DNA of 64,000 nt. It comes from Petromyzon marinus. Its lineage: Eukaryota. The notes below the pieces were generated by a model. The model was given only the letters and a program-made list of their open reading frames with translations, made no database searches and was not told the DNA's origin. Shown here one piece after another: positions 36,839 through 48,145 of the stretch. The stretch covers positions 10,945,698-11,009,697 of the forward strand of contig NC_133715.1 of assembly GCF_048934315.1 (NCBI RefSeq), given 5' to 3'. The position numbers and the translations under genes are program-made. Within the stretch, counting starts at the first letter, position 1; each line of letters starts with the position of its first letter.

Positions 36839-37339
36839 AGCACATGCCACAAGTCTGTTCAAGGCTAAATGGGGAATCTTTATATTGTGTCTGTTTGTGT
36901 GCATTTGCTAGAGAAAGCTAAATGGGTATGCTCCGAGCTAGAGAAGAGATAAGTTAATGTTACATCGGAGGACTTGGAGCTAAGTGGACTTTTCTAATGA
37001 CTGGTATATCAATCATAGCAAGATCGGCTTCTTTGATGGATGCTAAAGTTAAAGGCAATCGCAGCAACACCAGTGGAGACTGGGCTCTAAGAAAAGCCGT
37101 CTCGGGTGTGGTCCAATCAAATTCAAGGACATTGCATATTATCAGAGTTGTCTGTTTTGTTTGCATTTTGACTACTTGTGTTGTGGTTATTGCAAACATG
37201 ATCCCTTGTATAAAGGTGTCAGTTTTTGTGCCAGATAAAAGGGTAAAAACCTATTACTATAACAAAAGAGTATGTTCATTTTTGAGAGGTTGTAATGGCT
37301 TTGAGTAAAATTATGATAATTTTAAAAACTATACCATGG

Positions 37340-37860
37340 TAATTATTATTATAATGCTGCAGGTGATAAAGATGTTAAATATTATGGTGACGATGACCCT
37401 GGAGATGCCGCAAATGATGGTCATAATACAAATTCTGTTGCTGCTTCGGCTGATGATGCTGATGCTGCAGATGATTTTGGTGTAGATGATGCTTATGATG
37501 CTGCAGATATTAATCTGAATGATAATACTGATGCCCTTGATGATGATGCAGCTGATGCTGAAGAGAGAGTTAATTATTCTATTGCTGATGATGAGGATGC
37601 TGCTGCTATGAAAAAGCTGAAGAAACAGGTGATAACGACGATATTTCTGCCGGAGATGCTGGAGATGATGATGCAAATGATAATGATTAAGCTGATGAAG
37701 CAGAAGATGATGTGACGATATACATTTCTGACGACGATGCTGCACGTGACCAAGAATTTGACAATCGTCACTATGCAAACAATCACGATTATGCTGACAA
37801 AGCTGTTGATGAGCGAAAGTGAAAATGCCAATGACATAAATTACGATGCCGATGATGGTG
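37340..37860. repeat. Degenerate GATGATGCT-type low-complexity array
   Basis: Produces the His/Ile-rich artefact ORF 37329..37994. Confidence 0.6.
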
Positions 37861-37888
37861 ATGACGATCCCGTCAAATCGCCCCTCAC

Positions 37889-38026
37889 CTGGACAGGATG
37901 CCGAGCAGGCTGCGCGGAGCGAAGGCGTGGAACAAGGAACGCGTGTTCCCGACCTCTGAGCGGAACTGCCCGATCTCCGCGGGGCGATCCACACGAAAAA
38001 TCTTCAGGATCTTGAAACCATCGAGT
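37889..38026 (-). CDS. PARP4: PARP4 exon 11 (catalytic domain start); (R)LDGFKILKIFRVDRPAEIGQFRSEVGNTRSLFHAFAPRSLLGILS
   Basis: Acceptor tctggacag|ACTCG. Donor GTCCAG|gtgagggg. Resembles human VDVLQIFRVGRVNETTEFLSKLGNVRPLLHGSPVQNIVGILCRG. Confidence 0.75.
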
Positions 38027-38071
38027 CTGTCCAGACATGGCACGGCAGAGAGAGCATCCAGAAAGTGCCAC

Positions 38072-38298
38072 GCTACGGTGGTAAGATGTTAACTACCTCG
38101 CCAGGTATACAGGAGGTCGTGGGTTCGATCCAGACCCCGAAGCCTGCTGTATATTTGGAATTTGCATATCCTCCGATTTTCCCCCCAACATTTATAAACG
38201 TGCATTTAGAGTTTTTTGGCTGCTATAGATTTCCACGTGATAAGCCACTTCGCTGAGCTATATAGCTCAGTGGGCCTTACCTGGTAAATATTTACTAG
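38072..38298 (+). mobile_element. SINE family B copy
   Basis: The head carries the GGTTCGATCC B box. The tail gagctatatagctcagtgggccttacctggtaa. Confidence 0.6.
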
Positions 38299-38906
38299 AA
38301 TAACCGATAATGTACACGTAGAGCCCTGTTGTCAATCCACTGTTGGGCGAGGGCAAGCACACTCAGTGCGGGTCGCTGGGGGTTATTCAACCACACTGGA
38401 CAGTCTGGGTTGGTGAAGGTTAAGAGCATAGATGTGGGAGCACAGCAGTAAAGTACAACAGCGGATTGTGCTGCATTGTCCTTGACTGCCCACAGCACGT
38501 TATCAATGTACATCGCTGTACACAACATCTGTTGTGAATGTTGACCACATACCCAAGCATGATAGAGGCTCAACCCTACTCTAGATCAGGAAGATAATTC
38601 AACGGAGCTCAGGCCAGTGGACCCAATTTAGTTCCTCAATTCAAGAGGTTCTTGAGGAACTGAATTTGCATCCTGAAGAAGCCCAAATCGTGCAGTGTAA
38701 CATCTGACATGATGCAAACCACCAACACAAAGGCAGTAGCAGTAGGAAATAAGATTTTTTTAAACATTATTAAATAACAATATTTTGCAAAACAAAGCAG
38801 TTATCAAGGACCTTATATCATAGAACATATATCGCCGCATCCGGTCAACCCGAGCCTCATCACGGCTCTCTCTGTGAGTCCTCGTTCCTTTTGTGCTGCC
38901 ACTGAC

Positions 38907-39070
38907 CTCCCGTGGCTGGACTGGAGCAGCTGATTGCGGATGCTGTTGAAGTCACTGGAGTTGGGCTCCAGGTGGAGCAGGGAGCAGCGCAGGGCAGTGA
39001 ACTGCGCCAGCGTCGTGGCGCTGTGTGACGACGCCGTCAGCTTTTTCAAAGCCAAATTTTCTTTTCTCAT
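38907..39070 (-). CDS. PARP4: PARP4 exon 10; MRKENLALKKLTASSHSATTLAQFTALRCSLLHLEPNSSDFNSIRNQLLQSSHG
   Basis: Acceptor tcccggcag|ATGAGA. Donor CACGGGAG|gtcagt. Resembles human LAKYRALRCKIEHVEQNTEEFLRVRKEVLQNHHSK. Confidence 0.75.
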
Positions 39071-40691
39071 CTGCCGGGATGAAACGTTAGCACGTGGAAT
39101 GTTAATAATTATTAGGCTTATGATCGAACGGATCATCAACAGAGTCGGGTATTCCACTGCAGGGCTCTACAGAGGGCATCTCGAGAGTTTTATTGGCTTA
39201 CCCCATGCATGCTGAGCAGTCACCTTGGAAGAAAGGGAGAGTGTGGAGACTTTACTCCACCACACACGACCTGCCGAGTGACTCACTGTGGTGTTCCCAC
39301 AGAGATGGGACGGGGGGGAATTTAAGAAACTTGGCCATTGTTTCAACTGCCACCCTGGGAGATCAAACCGGCAAAATTATTGATTGAACGTCCATTGTCC
39401 TATCGTCCGATAGCTGCACCCCCAAATAATTATTACGAAGCAAAACAGGCCACACCTGGCACACGACGTTGTGGAGCTGAGATTGTACGTCGTGGAAGGG
39501 GATTTCCACCAAACACAACGGAAACAAGGGGAGTGAATTATTTTCACTCATGCAACTTCAGCGCAATTGTACATATTACAAAAACGGGGAGTTAATGGTT
39601 GGTGTTTGGTTTATGGCAAGTGGCCATGCTTTTCCAACTTGAGGAGAAGAGTGTGAAAAGTGGAAGATGCATTGTGTGGGGTGTGCGTGTCATTCCAGCG
39701 AGAAAGACATCAGGATATAAAGGCGGAAAATTTAGGCAAGGCTCAGTCGAGGAGCACGCCGGTGTGAAAAGCCAAGTTGCTATTGTGAGTACTGCCGACA
39801 TGTGTATCACGTTATGACAAGTTGTGAGATATGCATTTTAAAGATGCAGTGTAACACATTCTTGTTGAGAAGTGAAAGGGACCAGTGGTTCGGTTTGATG
39901 TAAAAAATACGTGTCAATTGTGATGTGAGAACAACTCGTATGGATGATTCATTAAAAAGAGGTTAAAAAGGAAGATCTGAATGGTGACCGAGTATGAGTG
40001 AATGAGGGGGAATTTTTTTTTTAACACAAAGCGGACTGAATATCACTGAAAGTGTGTTCACCCACACAGCCTTCTGAGTCCAGATGTGAGAAACACTGGA
40101 TTTGCAAGAAGAGGTGTGCATGACATTGGAGATTCAAGCTCCATGCACTAAACAAGGCTCTCAAGGCCCAGGCACGATCAACGCAGCCTTCATAAATGGG
40201 GTGCGGTGACGTTGGGCGATGGAGCAGCATCTGCCTCCTGTGACGAATCAACGACAGCGGGGGATGAGCGTGGAGAGACACCGCACGCCAATCTCCTGGG
40301 ATGGGTCCAATGCAGCAACATCGAGGAGAGTAGGCTGCTACACAAGATCAAGAGCAGTAGGATTGTGCCTGCTGAGGGGAAAGTGGAAGCAGGCCTGAAG
40401 CCAGAGTAGTTGGCAGACGGAACACACTGGGGGGAGGGGGGGGAAGGCAAGCAATACCTCACTTGAGAGGTTGCACCTGGTGGTGTGGAAGAAAAGTGTG
40501 TGTACTTATGAGCGAAGAATTGCTAATATTCTTGTCTTTTAATTAACAAAAATTTAAGCCCATCCGCCGCCTAGTCAAGTGACCCTATAGCACTACATCC
40601 ACGTCCAGACCACCCCCAAATGTCTGTGGCTGGTGACAAAAATAATAATAATGATAAAATGTGTCGCCACTCCTCGCTCACTCACACTCAC

Positions 40692-40760
40692 CGAGCTATC
40701 GTCTCCGCCCGTGTTTTTATTCCTCGTCGCCTCGTTCGCATCCACAACGTCGCGGATCAG
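40692..40760 (-). CDS. PARP4: PARP4 exon 9; LIRDVVDANEATRNKNTGGDDSS
   Basis: Acceptor tcctggcag|CTGATC. Donor AGCTCG|gtgagtgtgag. Resembles human LIRDMVNVCETNLSKPNPPS. Confidence 0.75.
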
Positions 40761-41160
40761 CTGCCAGGATGAAACATCAGGCAAGTGAGAATGTTCATCG
40801 ACATTAGGCTTCTAATCAACCAGATAATCAGGAAAAGGCCTCCACTGCAGAAAGCTCTAGAGGGCCCCCCTCCAGAGTATTTTGGCCTACTCTTTCTCGC
40901 TGGCTGGTCATCAAGGGGGAGTACAGACACTTCACCGCACCCAAACCACCAGTTGACTGACTGTGGCATTCCCATTTAGACCCTTGATTGCGCAGAGTCA
41001 GTAAGATTTAAGAAACTTGGCCACTGTTTCAACTGCCATGCTGGGAAGATCGAACCGGCGACGCTTCTCGATTGCAAGTCCAGCGTTATAACTAGTACAC
41101 GACGGCAGATTCTCCAAATAAAAATAAAAATACATGCGGCGACACTGCTTGCTCACTCAC

Positions 41161-41343
41161 CTGGCAAAGGTCAAGTTTTGCTGAGATACTGGCCATGCCT
41201 GTAAGTGGACAAACAGCCACGTGTTTCTGAGGGATGATCTTGTAAAACTCGTTTGACAGTCTCTCCAATGCACCTTCATCATGTACATCTTTGCTCAGCA
41301 CTGCCTTCTTCAGCTGCAGCAGTATAGCTTCTGCTTTGGTGAC
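41161..41343 (-). CDS. PARP4: PARP4 exon 8 (PARP alpha-helical regulatory domain); VTKAEAILLQLKKAVLSKDVHDEGALERLSNEFYKIIPQKHVAVCPLTGMASISAKLDLCQ
   Basis: Acceptor aaaatatag|GTCACC. Donor TGCCAG|gtgagtgag. Motif LSNEFYKIIP matches PARP1 LSNRFYTLIPH and human PARP4 TEFYRLIPHK...ADLCQ. Confidence 0.8.
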
Positions 41344-42389
41344 CTATATTTTATTTTGACAATAAGACATGGGGAAACGAAGACAATTCATGCATACGCA
41401 TGGGATAAAGCAACAGCTTTTCAACATTTGTTTTGTTCTTGGATGTATTTAATTAGTAATCATTACAACCGCGTCTCTCGCCAGCAGCTCAGGAAGCCGT
41501 ACGTTCGTGAACACCGATGTCGTATGCAACCTGTTGCTGTGGAACCCATCCCTAATAGCAACACAACTTTACACTTAAAAAAAATGTTTAATTCTGCATC
41601 ATCTTTACGGGAGTTATTGTGACCTCCCGTGACACACGGACAAACCTAATGCATAACCCTCCTTTCAGCATTAGTTTGAAGGCCTTAAAATTGTTATCTA
41701 CAATTATGCAGCTTTGTAAGGAGAGTTGAAAACGAAGTGTGGTGAAGGCCTATCAAGAATGCCCATGTGGGTGTAGAAACACTCCAGTCATTTGGCAAGA
41801 AAGATTTATTTATGGTCAATCATTTCCAACAAAAAAAGATATCCTTTTAAAAAATGTTTATCCGAGTATTTTAAAGGAGAAAAACGCTGTAAAGATACAA
41901 TCGGCAAAGTACTTGCTGTACTGCCAACTAGAGGTATCCAGCTGCCACCGCAGCCGAGTTTATCCCACACTCAACCTTAAAATAATCCACAACTTATCAA
42001 ATACCTTCTTTTTTTACTGTACAACCGAGCTGTGCTGGGATTGTAACGAGCCAGCCTGGCATGGCTCTAGAGGCACAGATGATTTTTCCCACTGCCGAGC
42101 CCGAACCGCGCTACTTATGTCACGCACAATGAACGAGTACGATGAAATTGCGAACCCTGGCTTTGTTTGATCCTGAACCAGATTCAGATGCCTTAGCCAC
42201 ATTTCATGGTTTGTGACTCGGCGGCACGGAAAATAACCAGTGGAAAACCACCCGTACCGCAAGGGCCCCACGATGGCGTGGCTCTAATGCGCCAGTGGAA
42301 AAAAGGAAAAAGTCACCCGACTGCAGTTGTGGTGCCATCGCATTTGGAAAACACCTGTGCTGTGAATGTTATGGTGGTTTCCGCTTTAC

Positions 42390-42527
42390 CTGCTTAGGCT
42401 CGATCAGCAATATGGGCACTTGAAGGATCTGGGAGAGATGCCCCAAGGCCTCGGACCATACGGTCGACACAAAACGGCCGACCTCCTTGGACAGGTGAAA
42501 ATTCGCCATGGAGATCTCCGTCTGTGC
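42390..42527 (-). CDS. PARP4: PARP4 exon 7; AQTEISMANFHLSKEVGRFVSTVWSEALGHLSQILQVPILLIEPKQ
   Basis: Acceptor gatgatgacag|GCACAG. Donor AAGCAG|gtaaag. Resembles human ...VEMIWAEALGHLEHMLLKP. Confidence 0.65.
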
Positions 42528-43551
42528 CTGTCATCATCAGTGGGGACAAACAAATAAAATATATATAAAGATGTGAACAGGATTGACGCACCTAATGCCT
42601 CAATGCACCACGTGAAGCCACTTGAGAGAAACCAACAACTGACTTAGCATCCCTCCCCTTCTCTACGGCACGCGTCACCCTTTGTGGGGTCAAATCCGTA
42701 AAAAAGTGTTTTGTTGCACAGAAAATTAACAACACCGCCCTCTCATGTGCTATGCCGGCTCTAATAGATGCTCACTAATAACACTTTCCCCAAGTCTCTC
42801 TTCCATTGATATTAGATTTTTGGCTCAGATGACGTAAATAAAACGTGTGTCGTAAAACCATACTCCACGTGACACAGCAAATAGATAAAGCTGCCACGTG
42901 AACAAACGTGACAATTTATTGCTTTTTTCGCAGAATCACCGGTACGTTGAAGAGCAATCTCACAACATTGAAATAAGTACGTCGTTTCACTGATAGGAAC
43001 AATCAGCATCATCAGGCAGTTGCCAGTATTATACATCATTTAAAATATATGACCCAAAAAATGTGTTAAAAATCATAATATTGGCCGCTAAAGTACACGT
43101 GTTAGGTGTATCTTCACTTTATTGGGTATATTTAACTGTGTGAAGTTGTAAATGTGTAAGAAGAGGTGTTTCAGTATGTGGTGGTGGTGGTGTGCATGTC
43201 AATTACAACCATCTGGTCCACAAGACGAGTTCCACAGTAATGGAAGGATGCCCAAGTGGTTACAATCTTTAGGAAGGGTGACCGCAACAATGACCAGGTG
43301 TTTTATCAGTCGAAAATATTCTCGTTTAGCACCTGATAAGTGTAACTAAGATGCTTACGGTGATGGATAAATTATGTTTACGGGCCGTTGTTTCACAGTG
43401 GTAGGCCCCGAGTGGCCGTGGGCTGTACAAAATGAAGTGGTCCGTGTGAAATTAAATCATGAGCCGGATCGAGCCGATGCTGTAAGTTCCCCACCTCTGC
43501 TTTAACAATCGACTGTTAACCTCCTGACTGTCCCATTGAACCCCCAAGCAC

Positions 43552-43770
43552 CTGTTGGAACAAGCGAGAGCCGAGTTGGAGGTCGCCGGGAAGCTGATCC
43601 ACCTTGACCATGCCGCACCGCTCTCCTGTGAGGACCTCGCAGGCGTGGCCCAAAAACACCTCGGCCTCCCGTCCACTCCCAGCCATCCGCACTTTCGTCA
43701 GTCTGCTGGTCACCTGTGCACAGACGTCACAGTTGACTCTGGTTTCTGGGTTCACCAAAGGCAAAGTACC
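43552..43770 (-). CDS. PARP4: PARP4 exon 6; GTLPLVNPETRVNCDVCAQ...LQLGSRLFQQ
   Basis: Acceptor gaacctgaag|GTACT. Donor CAACAG|gtgctt. Lies within the minus-strand ORF 43516..43791. 73 codons, phase 0. Confidence 0.6.
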
Positions 43771-44210
43771 TTCAGGTTCAAATAGGTACAAGCATGTCCT
43801 CGAATTATCTGGATAAATAAGGGATGGGGTGCCCCAGTAAATATTATTTATTTCCGTTTATAACCAGAGTAAAGCATTTACAACATGTGATGTTATTTCT
43901 TTATTTTCATTTGACACTATGTGTGTATTATGCAAACAATATAACGGAAAACCACCATATAAGAATAGGGTTTTCCCCTTTTTTCTGGCAACAAAACTGA
44001 AACCTTTTTACAAAGAATCATGTCTGCATTAACCACAATACTTGTGGTCAGAATGCAAACAAAAAACACTCCAGTGCGTTCGCCACTTGTTGCAGAGGTT
44101 CCCGGTTCGAATCCCGCAGTCGTCCGGATTGATCCTGCGGATGTATCAACCATGAAACCATCACACGGCAGCATGCCCTAGTTTATGAACGACGTGCAAG
44201 AGAACCTGAC

Positions 44211-44336
44211 CTTGTCGGAGTTCTTGCAGGTGGCGTGGTAGGCAGCAACACGGAAGACGAGGCCGCTGGAGTGTGGAGCTGCTTGAACTTCTACGACCGC
44301 CCAATACTGCTCCTTCGTCTGCTCCTTCTCACTCGT
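44211..44336 (-). CDS. PARP4: PARP4 exon 5; TSEKEQTKEQYWAVVEVQAAPHSSGLVFRVAAYHATCKNSDK
   Basis: Acceptor ctctcaaag|ACGAG. Donor GACAAG|gtcagg. Resembles human GQEAVVVELQCSRDSRDCPFLISSHFLLDDG. Phase 0 in and out. Confidence 0.6.
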
Positions 44337-44842
44337 CTTTGAGAGCAGAATGTCAAAACGTCAGCGTTGACATCGTTCACGATTGCACAAACATAGAATG
44401 CAAATTCGTAGTGGCAGTCGGGTGGCTTGGCGTGCGAGAAGGGCGAATCTCGGATTCAGCCGCCTGTGTTTAAAGAAAGTAGAGCGACTTGAAGGTTTCA
44501 GCCTGGTCACTTGGGACTGCACAAAAACCCATTCAGTTAAGGTTGGTTTAAGTTCGGCAAAGTACTTTAACTGCTATGCAATACTCTTTGGTTCTTTCAA
44601 TACACGTTCATGAAGCAGGGCATGTGAGAAGGTAATTGAAGGGGCCTCAGAAAAAAATATTGTGATGTTATCTTTCAGAGGCCATTCTCAAACGTGGGAT
44701 TATGTTACTCCATTTTCTGTGAGTTGCAAAAACAAAAATCTTTATATCATGAGAACATGACACTGATAGCAAAAGTGGAAGATAATTGACAAAAAAGTGC
44801 AAAAAGTAATGTGTGCTCTATAATCTCTGTCACAACACCTAC

Positions 44843-44927
44843 CTTACAGAAAATTGCAGATCGCACCATCTCAAACTCCTCTGGGAAAGCGGGCCGGTTG
44901 ATGTCCTCATCATCATCAACCCAAAGC
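44843..44927 (-). CDS. PARP4: PARP4 exon 4; (K)LWVDDDEDINRPAFPEEFEMVRSAIFCK
   Basis: Acceptor gtatgcag|G. Donor TGTAAG|gtaggt. Resembles human ...TEFGMQNVEIPHLPQDFEVAKYNTLEK. Confidence 0.65.
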
Positions 44928-45623
44928 CTGCATACCGTATTCACTATTCATTACAAAACTCCAACTCAGACAACACGCTAAGACTACGCGCTAGTACGAC
45001 TATTGTAATACTGCAAAATGAGTATTGTATATCCACGTTTACACCACAGGGTTGATGCCAACATGACTTAAAGAGTATTGCATAATGTGAATCATGAACT
45101 TCTACTTTAAATACAATTTAAGGGACAGCATTAGCAGAAATATAGACACAATGTATTTTGTGTTTGTAATATTGAACAATATTTTTTTCCAGAAAAATAT
45201 CGTGAACTCGGCTTGTGATAATCCCCCACTCCGCGACTCGATTAAACATCACAATTCAAGTATCAATTGTGTTTTCAATTGTACTCTTAAATCGTAATGT
45301 CTGTCTCAAATTCTGTGTCATTTTCTCCGGTCTTTTATGAATGTGCAATCTGTAGTATTCGTTCCATTAGCATAGAATTAAGCATACATTTCCAAACAAT
45401 CGATTTTTTCAAGCATGTTTAAATGTTTAAATGCTTGCATTGCGAGCGTAAGAACTGATGTTAATCAATGAAACTGTGACGATCTCTTGTTGTCACATTA
45501 CAAGTTTCAACGTGGGTTTATAAAGTCAATTTGTAGAAAGTACATTCGAAGTAAATTCCTATATCAGCCAATGAGGAACAAAAGTTACACGTTTCTCAGT
45601 TTAATTCAGAACGTGTGGCTTAC

Positions 45624-45723
45624 TTGACTTTGTTGAGCTCAAATGTTTCCTCTGCTGGCGGTCCTCGTTTGTGATCTCGTGTTTTGGTACGGATAGCACT
45701 AGTTACGACACCATTTTCTCGTT
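45624..45723 (-). CDS. PARP4: PARP4 exon 3; ERENGVVTSAIRTKTRDHKRGPPAEETFELNKV
   Basis: Acceptor ctctcccaaacag|AACGAG. Donor GTCAA|gtaagc. Its phase (2 nt in, 2 nt out) exactly bridges exon 2 to exon 4. No long-ORF anchor exists for this exon. Confidence 0.5.
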
Positions 45724-46511
45724 CTGTTTGGGAGAGGTAATGGTAAGGGGAAGGAAAAAAAATCTAAATTTGTAAAAGAATAACAATAATATGCATTACA
45801 AGCACTGCCAGAACAACATTCTGAATCAAAATGCAAGGAACAAACACAATTATCAGCGGAAACACATGGCTGTGATATTCAAGATAGCTGTACAGCGGTG
45901 TAAAAAAGCCAACTGGAAAATGCCCGAGTGTTTTAATTACTGTATTAATAAATACAGTAAACCCCTGCTATGCGCGAGTTCTGGATTTGCGTGTTTGGCA
46001 TATTTGCGAGTTACTAAATAAACACTAATTTCTTATTTCCGACCCGCCGGACTCCAGCATTCACGAGTGTACATAGTGCTAGACCACCGGCACCAGGGAG
46101 GTGCGTGCAGAATGTTGTTACATTTGAAACTGTCTGCGAAGATTCGGCACGAGGCCTCGGCTGCCCTTTTTGTCCTCATAACAGCTGTGTGGCGTTATCC
46201 ATCTCCCGAGGAGTCATCCTCCTGAATTCCTCACCATCACTACCACCACCACCACCATCATCTCTATCGTCGCCAAACCATCATCATCAAAGGTAATTAA
46301 AAAAACACATTGTTCTTTATCATTATTATTCATTTATATAGCCGTTGTTACGAAACATTTACGATTCGCCCCCCCCCCCCCACTCGTACGAGGGACGTAA
46401 CCCCATTTTTCCCCGATGAAAAAGGTTTTTGCATTCGCGAGGGTTACGTTCTTGAAAACGCTCTCGAGAAGAGGGTTTTACTGTGGCTTCTTTACAATCA
46501 CCGACACCGAC

Positions 46512-46698
46512 CTTCATTGCCGACGGCGATGTTGTTGTTGTCGGCAGGATCGTCGGCGAGCGCCGGCTCTAAGAGCTGTCCTGTCGCGAAGCACCGATCC
46601 AGGAACTCCGGGCACACGACTCGCACGCCGTGCTTGGCTGCCAGCTTCAAGCGCGAGGGAGAGCCAGCCCCTTCTGCCGACACCACCAGATGCGTGCA
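46512..46698 (-). CDS. PARP4: PARP4 exon 2 (BRCT); CTHLVVSAEGAGSPSRLKLAAKHGVRVVCPEFLDRCFATGQLLEPALADDPADNNNIAVGNE
   Basis: Acceptor ccctgtcccgtag|TGCACG. Donor AATGAAG|gtcggt. Resembles human ...CTHIILDNADVLSQYQLNSIQKNHVHIANPDFIWKSIREKRLLD. Ends in phase 1. Confidence 0.7.
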
Positions 46699-47292
46699 CT
46701 ACGGGACAGGGATTATCAATCACCAACGCGCATTACACGCATGTGTCTCATGCGGAAGCATGCTTCTAAGTGACTCCGAAGTCTCGTGAGTGAAGAGGGA
46801 CAAGGAGTGATTGCAAACTCGACCGTTTGATGCAGCAGTGGGGCTACAAAGAAGAACGTTCACTTCTAGCAGATCGTTTTTAGCAGGAGTCAGAAAGTTG
46901 CAGCCTGTGGGCCTAGATAAAGATATGACCTGCGATCTCATTTCACACGGCCCATAGCCACATGAGGCTTACCACTTGAAACCGCCTGCAAAGACGTATC
47001 TTTCATTACCGACTTCACAACACTAATTGGATACCAGGAGAATATATTATTTTTGTTATTAAAAAAGTGAAAACTACTTTTAAACTTATCAAAATGCATC
47101 CATGTACATTAGAAGTGTGAAAATGTGTGCACGATTAAGAATGCAAAAAGGCCTGATCTGTGAACATCTATAGAATATGACTTCCTACAAGACGTCTGGC
47201 CAAGATGCATAATTGGCCAGGGCTGAGAGGTGACGGTCGGATATGCGACGTTGTACTATACAACAATCTTTCCATCAAGGCCCGGCGCTCAC

Positions 47293-47418
47293 GTGGGAGG
47301 TGACAGCGTGCGAGATGATTGCGCCATGGGCGGTGAGTTGCTCCTTGAGCTGTAGCCGCTGACGTCGGGGCCATGAGGGAAGATCCAGTACGATGAAGCA
47401 GGCCGAAAACAAGCCCAT
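47293..47418 (-). CDS. PARP4: PARP4 exon 1 (start codon); MGLFSACFIVLDLPSWPRRQRLQLKEQLTAHGAIISHAVTSH (BRCT N-terminus)
   Basis: ATG in Kozak context caccATGG (minus strand). Donor CAC|gtgagc. Peptide aligns to the human PARP4 N-terminus (MVMGIFANCIFCLKV...). Phase 0. Confidence 0.7.
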
Positions 47419-47465
47419 GGTGCTGTGACGCCAAGCGCACGCTCACGGCCTCTCTGCACACAAGG

Positions 47466-47482
47466 GGGGGGGGGGGGGGGCA
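47466..47482. promoter_or_regulatory. PARP4: G17 homopolymer plus CACGTG E-box about 50 bp upstream of the PARP4 ATG (putative core promoter or 5' UTR)
   Basis: gggggggggggggggggcacgtgcac lies immediately 5' of the start codon on the coding (minus) strand, where it reads as C17. Confidence 0.35.
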
Positions 47483-47911
47483 CGTGCACATGAAGAGATG
47501 GAAGGCCTGAGATATATAAGGATTGGGGAAAAGGTGCTGATATTAGGTGCACACTGGAATTTCAATCTAGAGCAATGCTTCGCAATCGGTGTGCTGTGGA
47601 AAATCCCCAGGTGTGCCATGGGATTTTCGGAATTACAGGAAAATATAAAATTTAAAGCCCCCACCTCCCACCCCCTCTCCATTTGTCAGGCATGCGCAGG
47701 ACTGCGGACAGCCGTCATCCCCCACCCCCAGCCCTCTCAACTCACTTGATCGCGCATATGCAGTTAAAGAGACACATGGGGATACAGAGGCAAACGCAAA
47801 GACAAATACAGAGACGCTAAAACACGTACAGAGAGACACAGAGATACGGAGTTACACACACAGGGAGACACTCAGTGGCACACAAAAAAATGGACAAAAA
47901 GACCTACAGAC

Positions 47912-48145
47912 AAAGATCCCTGTATAGCCTTAACAGGCTTTTGGGGGAAGTTCTGTTTTCGAGCACTTATAAGGGCCAGCACAGAAAATGAGAGAGTGGG
48001 TGACCAGCACCATTCCCGGCCGACTTTGTCTCCCCAGTGGCGATGTTTAAACACCGCACCAGGTACTAATTTAAGGCTGAGTCGACCTTGGGGAGGGCCA
48101 AAACTGGTTCAGATAATCGTTACTGGTGTTGACTGTGAGCGTAAA
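47912..48145 (-). mobile_element. SINE family A copy (inverted)
   Basis: Reverse complement of the family A consensus; lies upstream of the PARP4 start. Confidence 0.55.
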
